In this document: positions 60,496 through 64,000 of the stretch, in pieces | Layout: every line of letters begins with the position of its first letter | Position numbering within the stretch: the stretch's first letter is position 1 | Notes under the pieces: model-generated | Seen by the model: the letters and a program-made list of their open reading frames with translations, nothing else | What the model was told of the DNA's origin: nothing | Databases searched by the model: none | Translations under genes and position numbers: made by a program | Source of the DNA: an uncultured Candidatus Rokubacteria bacterium | GTDB taxonomy: Bacteria > Methylomirabilota > Methylomirabilia > Rokubacteriales > CSP1-6 | Length of the DNA stretch: 64,000 nt | Direction: 5' to 3' | Assembly (NCBI GenBank): GCA_963789955.1 | Contig: CAWBMV010000012.1 | Coordinates: forward strand, 416,001-480,000

Positions 60496-61233
60496 GTGAG
60501 CGCGCTGGCCGTGCGCAATCTGACGAAGTCGTTCGGAGGACTGCGCGTCACGTCGGGGGTCGACCTCGCGGTCGAGCCCGGCGAGCGTCGTCTGATCATC
60601 GGCCCCAACGGGGCCGGCAAGACCACGCTCTTCAACCTGATCACCGGTGAGCTCCGCCCGGACGGCGGCTCGGTCAGCTTGTTCGACCGGGACATCACGC
60701 GGGTGCCGAGCCGGCGCCGCTTCCATCTGGGCATCGCGCGGACGTATCAGATCATCACGCTGTTTCCGGGCGAGACCCTGCTGCGCAACGTGACCCTGGC
60801 GCTGCTGGGGCGGTCGCGACGTCGCTGGAATCCGTTCGTCCGGCTGAGCCGTCAGGAGTCGCTGGTGACGCGGGCGCGCGAGATCCTGGCACGGGTCGCC
60901 CTCGATCATCTCGCCGACCGGCCGCTGGCCCAGACCTCCTACGGCGAACGGCGGCGCGTCGAGGTCGCGATGGCGCTCGCGCAGGACCCGCGCGTGTTGC
61001 TGCTCGACGAACCGTTCGCCGGGCTCTCGATCGACGAGCGGCGCGACGTGCTGCGGCTGGTCACCAACATTCCGCGCGACGTGACGATCGTGATGATCGA
61101 GCACGACATGGACGTGGCGCTCGACTTCGCCGAGCGGATCAGCGTGCTGCACTTCGGCGAGGTCGTGGTCGAGGGGACGCGCGGCGAGGTGGTCGCGCAC
61201 CCGCGGACGCGGGAGATCTACCTCGGGGAGTGA
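60496..61233 (+). CDS. livG: Branched-chain ABC ATP-binding protein (LivG-like)
   Basis: GPNGAGKTT, SYGERR, LLDEP, IEHD, YLG. Confidence 0.9.
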   Translation: MSALAVRNLTKSFGGLRVTSGVDLAVEPGERRLIIGPNGAGKTTLFNLITGELRPDGGSVSLFDRDITRVPSRRRFHLGIARTYQIITLFPGETLLRNVTLALLGRSRRRWNPFVRLSRQESLVTRAREILARVALDHLADRPLAQTSYGERRRVEVAMALAQDPRVLLLDEPFAGLSIDERRDVLRLVTNIPRDVTIVMIEHDMDVALDFAERISVLHFGEVVVEGTRGEVVAHPRTREIYLGE

Positions 61234-62513
61234 CGCGAGGCCGCGCGGTCGTCGGCCTTCTCGATCAGCCACTCGATGTGGAGCTTCAGATCGTAGTACT
61301 CGCCCATGAGGCCGGGCGGCGGCGGCGGGACCTGGGCGAGCCTCGTCTGCAGCGCGCGCAGCCGTTCGGCCGCGGCCTTCGCCTCCTCCGGCGTGGCGCT
61401 CGCGAGTGCATGGTCGATCTCGTGGACCTCCCGGTACCACCGGGTGATCCGCCGGCGGTTCTGCGAGTTGTACAGCGAGGGCAGGATGCGGATCAGGGGC
61501 AGCAGGATGCCGACGGCCGGCAGCAGCAGGAGCGCCCAGCGCTCGACCGTGACGGCGATCCAGAACGGCAGATAGCGCTCCAGGAGCGGCGGCCCCTTGC
61601 GGAGGTAGCGCCGGGCGACCTCGTGCAGCGGTAGCTCGACGAACGCGTCGGACGGGAAGGTGTTCGGCGCCTCGAAGAGCCCGGGGCGGCTGTGGACGAT
61701 CTCCGCGGTCTTCAGGAGAAGCCGCACGATCACGGGATGGACGTCCTCACGCACCACGAGCGTCGCGGTCGCCGCGAGCAAGAGCACGTCCTGAGACGGC
61801 ACGTTCGTGACCAGGTCGACGACACCCTCGCCGAGCGTGACGGTCGAGAGGAACCGGTAGCGGGTCGTGTACGCGATCGTGCGCCGTACGCTCCAGAGGC
61901 TCACGGTCGGACTCAGCAGGAGACGCCGCACCAGCGGGACCGTCGGCGCCATGATGAAGAAGCCGGCGTCGATGCGGCCGGTCTCCAGTGCCGTCGCCGC
62001 GCCTTCGGTCGTGAGGACCAGGAGGTGCGAGTTCTGGGGGGTGACGCCGCTGTCGCGGAGCAGCCGCAGCGCGAGGGGCCGGATGCCGCTGCCTTCCTCG
62101 CCGATCTGGATGCTGAGGCCGCGCAGATCGTTGAGACCGCGCAGCGGCCGGTTTCGCCGGTGGAATAGCCAGATCGGCTCGTAGTAAAGGCTCCCGAGCG
62201 AGAGGAGCCCCTCGGTCGGCGCCGCCTCGGCGGTGCCGCCCTGGACGAAGCCCGCCATCGCCTGGCCGGCCCTGAGGCGCTTGAGCGTCTCGACCGTCCC
62301 GGCGCCGGTGACGATCTCGACCGTGAACCCGTCCGCCGCCGCCAGCTTCGCGTACTCCTTCGCGAACATGTAGTAGGCGCCGTTCTCGCGGCCCGTGCTG
62401 ATCGTGATCCGACGGGGCGGGAGCGGCTCGACCAGATGATTGAGGACCAGCAGGACGATCACCATCAGGGCCAGGGCGGGCACCATCACCCAGCCGAGCT
62501 TTTTCCAGTCCAT
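61218..62513 (-). CDS. TAXI-family solute receptor with N- and C-terminal TM segments
   Basis: ISTG...G.Y, T.G.VE, FVQGG, YYEP, IG..GSG, LH..A..Y; second TM and helical tail. Confidence 0.82.
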   Translation of the reverse strand: MDWKKLGWVMVPALALMVIVLLVLNHLVEPLPPRRITISTGRENGAYYMFAKEYAKLAAADGFTVEIVTGAGTVETLKRLRAGQAMAGFVQGGTAEAAPTEGLLSLGSLYYEPIWLFHRRNRPLRGLNDLRGLSIQIGEEGSGIRPLALRLLRDSGVTPQNSHLLVLTTEGAATALETGRIDAGFFIMAPTVPLVRRLLLSPTVSLWSVRRTIAYTTRYRFLSTVTLGEGVVDLVTNVPSQDVLLLAATATLVVREDVHPVIVRLLLKTAEIVHSRPGLFEAPNTFPSDAFVELPLHEVARRYLRKGPPLLERYLPFWIAVTVERWALLLLPAVGILLPLIRILPSLYNSQNRRRITRWYREVHEIDHALASATPEEAKAAAERLRALQTRLAQVPPPPPGLMGEYYDLKLHIEWLIEKADDRAASRHSPR

Positions 62514-62606
62514 CCGGGCCCAGTCTAAGCGCCCATCCTTCCGTCGCCAGAGGATTTTGGGCTTGCCGTGGGCATCGGCTGATGGTTCGATTACCGACCA
62601 CAGTCG

Positions 62607-63716
62607 ATGGGTACCGTTCGGGCCACCGGTCTCGTCAAGACGTTCGGCACCGTGACCGCGGTGAACGACCTCAGCTTCGAGGCCAGAGCCGGAGAGTTTC
62701 TGACCCTGCTCGGGCCGAGCGGCTGCGGCAAGACCACCACCCTGCGTCTCGTGGCCGGGCTCGAGCGGCCGGATCGCGGCGAGATCCTGCGTGGGCGACC
62801 GCCCGATCTCCTCGGTCGGCGTCCGGCCTCTTCGTGCCGCCGGAGCGGCGCGGAATGGGGATGGTCTTTCAGAGCTACGCGATCTGGCCGCACATGACCG
62901 TCTTCGAGAACGTCGCCTTCCCGCTGCAGGAGCTTCGTGTGCCCCGGGCCGAGACCCGCGAGCGGGTGATGGCGATGCTCTCGACGGTCGGGCTGGGCGA
63001 TCTCCACGCCCGTCCGGCGCCGATGCTCTCGGGCGGCCAGCAGCAGCGGGTCGCGCTGGCGCGGGCCCTCGTGTCGAACCCGCAGGTGCTGCTGCTCGAC
63101 GAGCCGCTCTCGAACCTCGACGCGCGGCTGCGCGAAGAGATGCGGTTCGAGCTGCGCGAGATGCAGGCCAAGCTCGGGATCACCAGCATCTTCGTGACCC
63201 ACGATCAGGCCGAGGCGATGACGCTCTCCGACCGCATCGTCGTCATGAACGCCGGCCGCATCGAGCAGGAAGGTAGCCCCGAGGACGTCTACCAGCGGCC
63301 GCGCACGCGATTCGTCATGGACTTCCTGGGCCGCGCCAACCATCTGCCGGCGCGTATCGCGAAAGGTGACGACGGAAGCCTGGTGGCCGAGGTCGAGGAC
63401 GGCGGCTGCAGCATGCCCGTCGCCGGCAGCGGCGAGCTGGAGCGTCGGCCAGGAAGTCCTGCTGGCGTTTCGACCGGAAGCGGTGGAGGCGCGGGCGGCC
63501 GAGCGCGACGGCGCCTGGGTCGGCGTGGTGCGGTCGTCGGTCTACGTGAGCGGCCACGTCGAGTACGTGGTGGAGATCGGGAAATTCACGGTGAGAGCGA
63601 TCGGCCCGGAAGACGCGCGGCTCCCGCACGAGGCCCGTGCGAGGCTCTGCGTGTCGCCCCGAGCGGTGCGGATCTGGCCGCGAAGTGACGGCGCCGACGG
63701 AGGGAGAGCTCGATGA
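62607..63716 (+). CDS. ABC ATP-binding protein, PotA/FbpC/MalK type with TOBE domain (frameshifts near 62800 and 63435)
   Basis: [40 protein letters not shown]-terminus in ORF 63366-63716. Confidence 0.88.
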
Positions 63717-64000
63717 CGAGACGGCGATGGGTGCTGATGATGTCGGGGCTGTTCGCGTCGGTCGTGGTCGCCGGTGCGCTCGCCCCGGGCGCGCTCCGAG
63801 CCCAGAGCAAGCCGCCCGCCGCGGCGCCGGTCGACACGACGGCGTCCCCCGCGAAGTTCCAGGCGGCGATGGCCGAATGGAAGAGCAAGATCGTTCCCGC
63901 CGCGAAGAAGGAAGGCGAGGTCATCTGGTACAGCTGCGCCCAGGCGACCGAGGCCGAGGGCACGATCACCGCCTTCAACAAGGCGTACCCGGACATCCAG
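63713..64000 (+). CDS. ABC extracellular solute-binding protein (3' end outside the window)
   Basis: MTRRRW signal peptide, AAKKEGEVIWYS, F.KAYP.I; ATGA overlap. Confidence 0.82.
   Translation, partial: MTRRRWVLMMSGLFASVVVAGALAPGALRAQSKPPAAAPVDTTASPAKFQAAMAEWKSKIVPAAKKEGEVIWYSCAQATEAEGTITAFNKAYPDIQ

Overview
High-GC (roughly 70% by eye), gene-dense bacterial chromosomal DNA with about 68 CDS. I saw no rRNA, tRNA, CRISPR array, transposase, integrase or phage genes. The gene content (three CaiB CoA-transferases, LLM/F420 enzymes, amidohydrolases, Liv/TAXI transporters, Ccr) resembles Candidatus Rokubacteria (Methylomirabilota); this is an inference. About 15 genes carry single-base frameshifts, most likely unpolished long-read indels. 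Main points of interest: (1) a stand-alone membrane protein with two metal motifs spaced exactly like the PmoC/AmoC CuC and CuD sites, with no pmoA/pmoB nearby; (2) an operon led by a CADD-like diiron oxidase lacking CADD's self-sacrificial residues, coupled to a Rieske ferredoxin and a GlcG protein; (3) divergent sigma54-type promoters around a central palindrome, serving an active/degenerate GAF-GGDEF pair and a large pseudo-nuclease-like protein, with a near-identical promoter at a patatin gene; (4) enzymes with substituted catalytic residues (DapF Cys to Ser twice, Ccr Glu to Gln, LigB His to Asp); (5) a recurrent leaderless promoter layout; (6) structured intergenic repeats and small ORFs missed by the ORF track. 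Reference residue numbers are recalled from memory; no searches were run.
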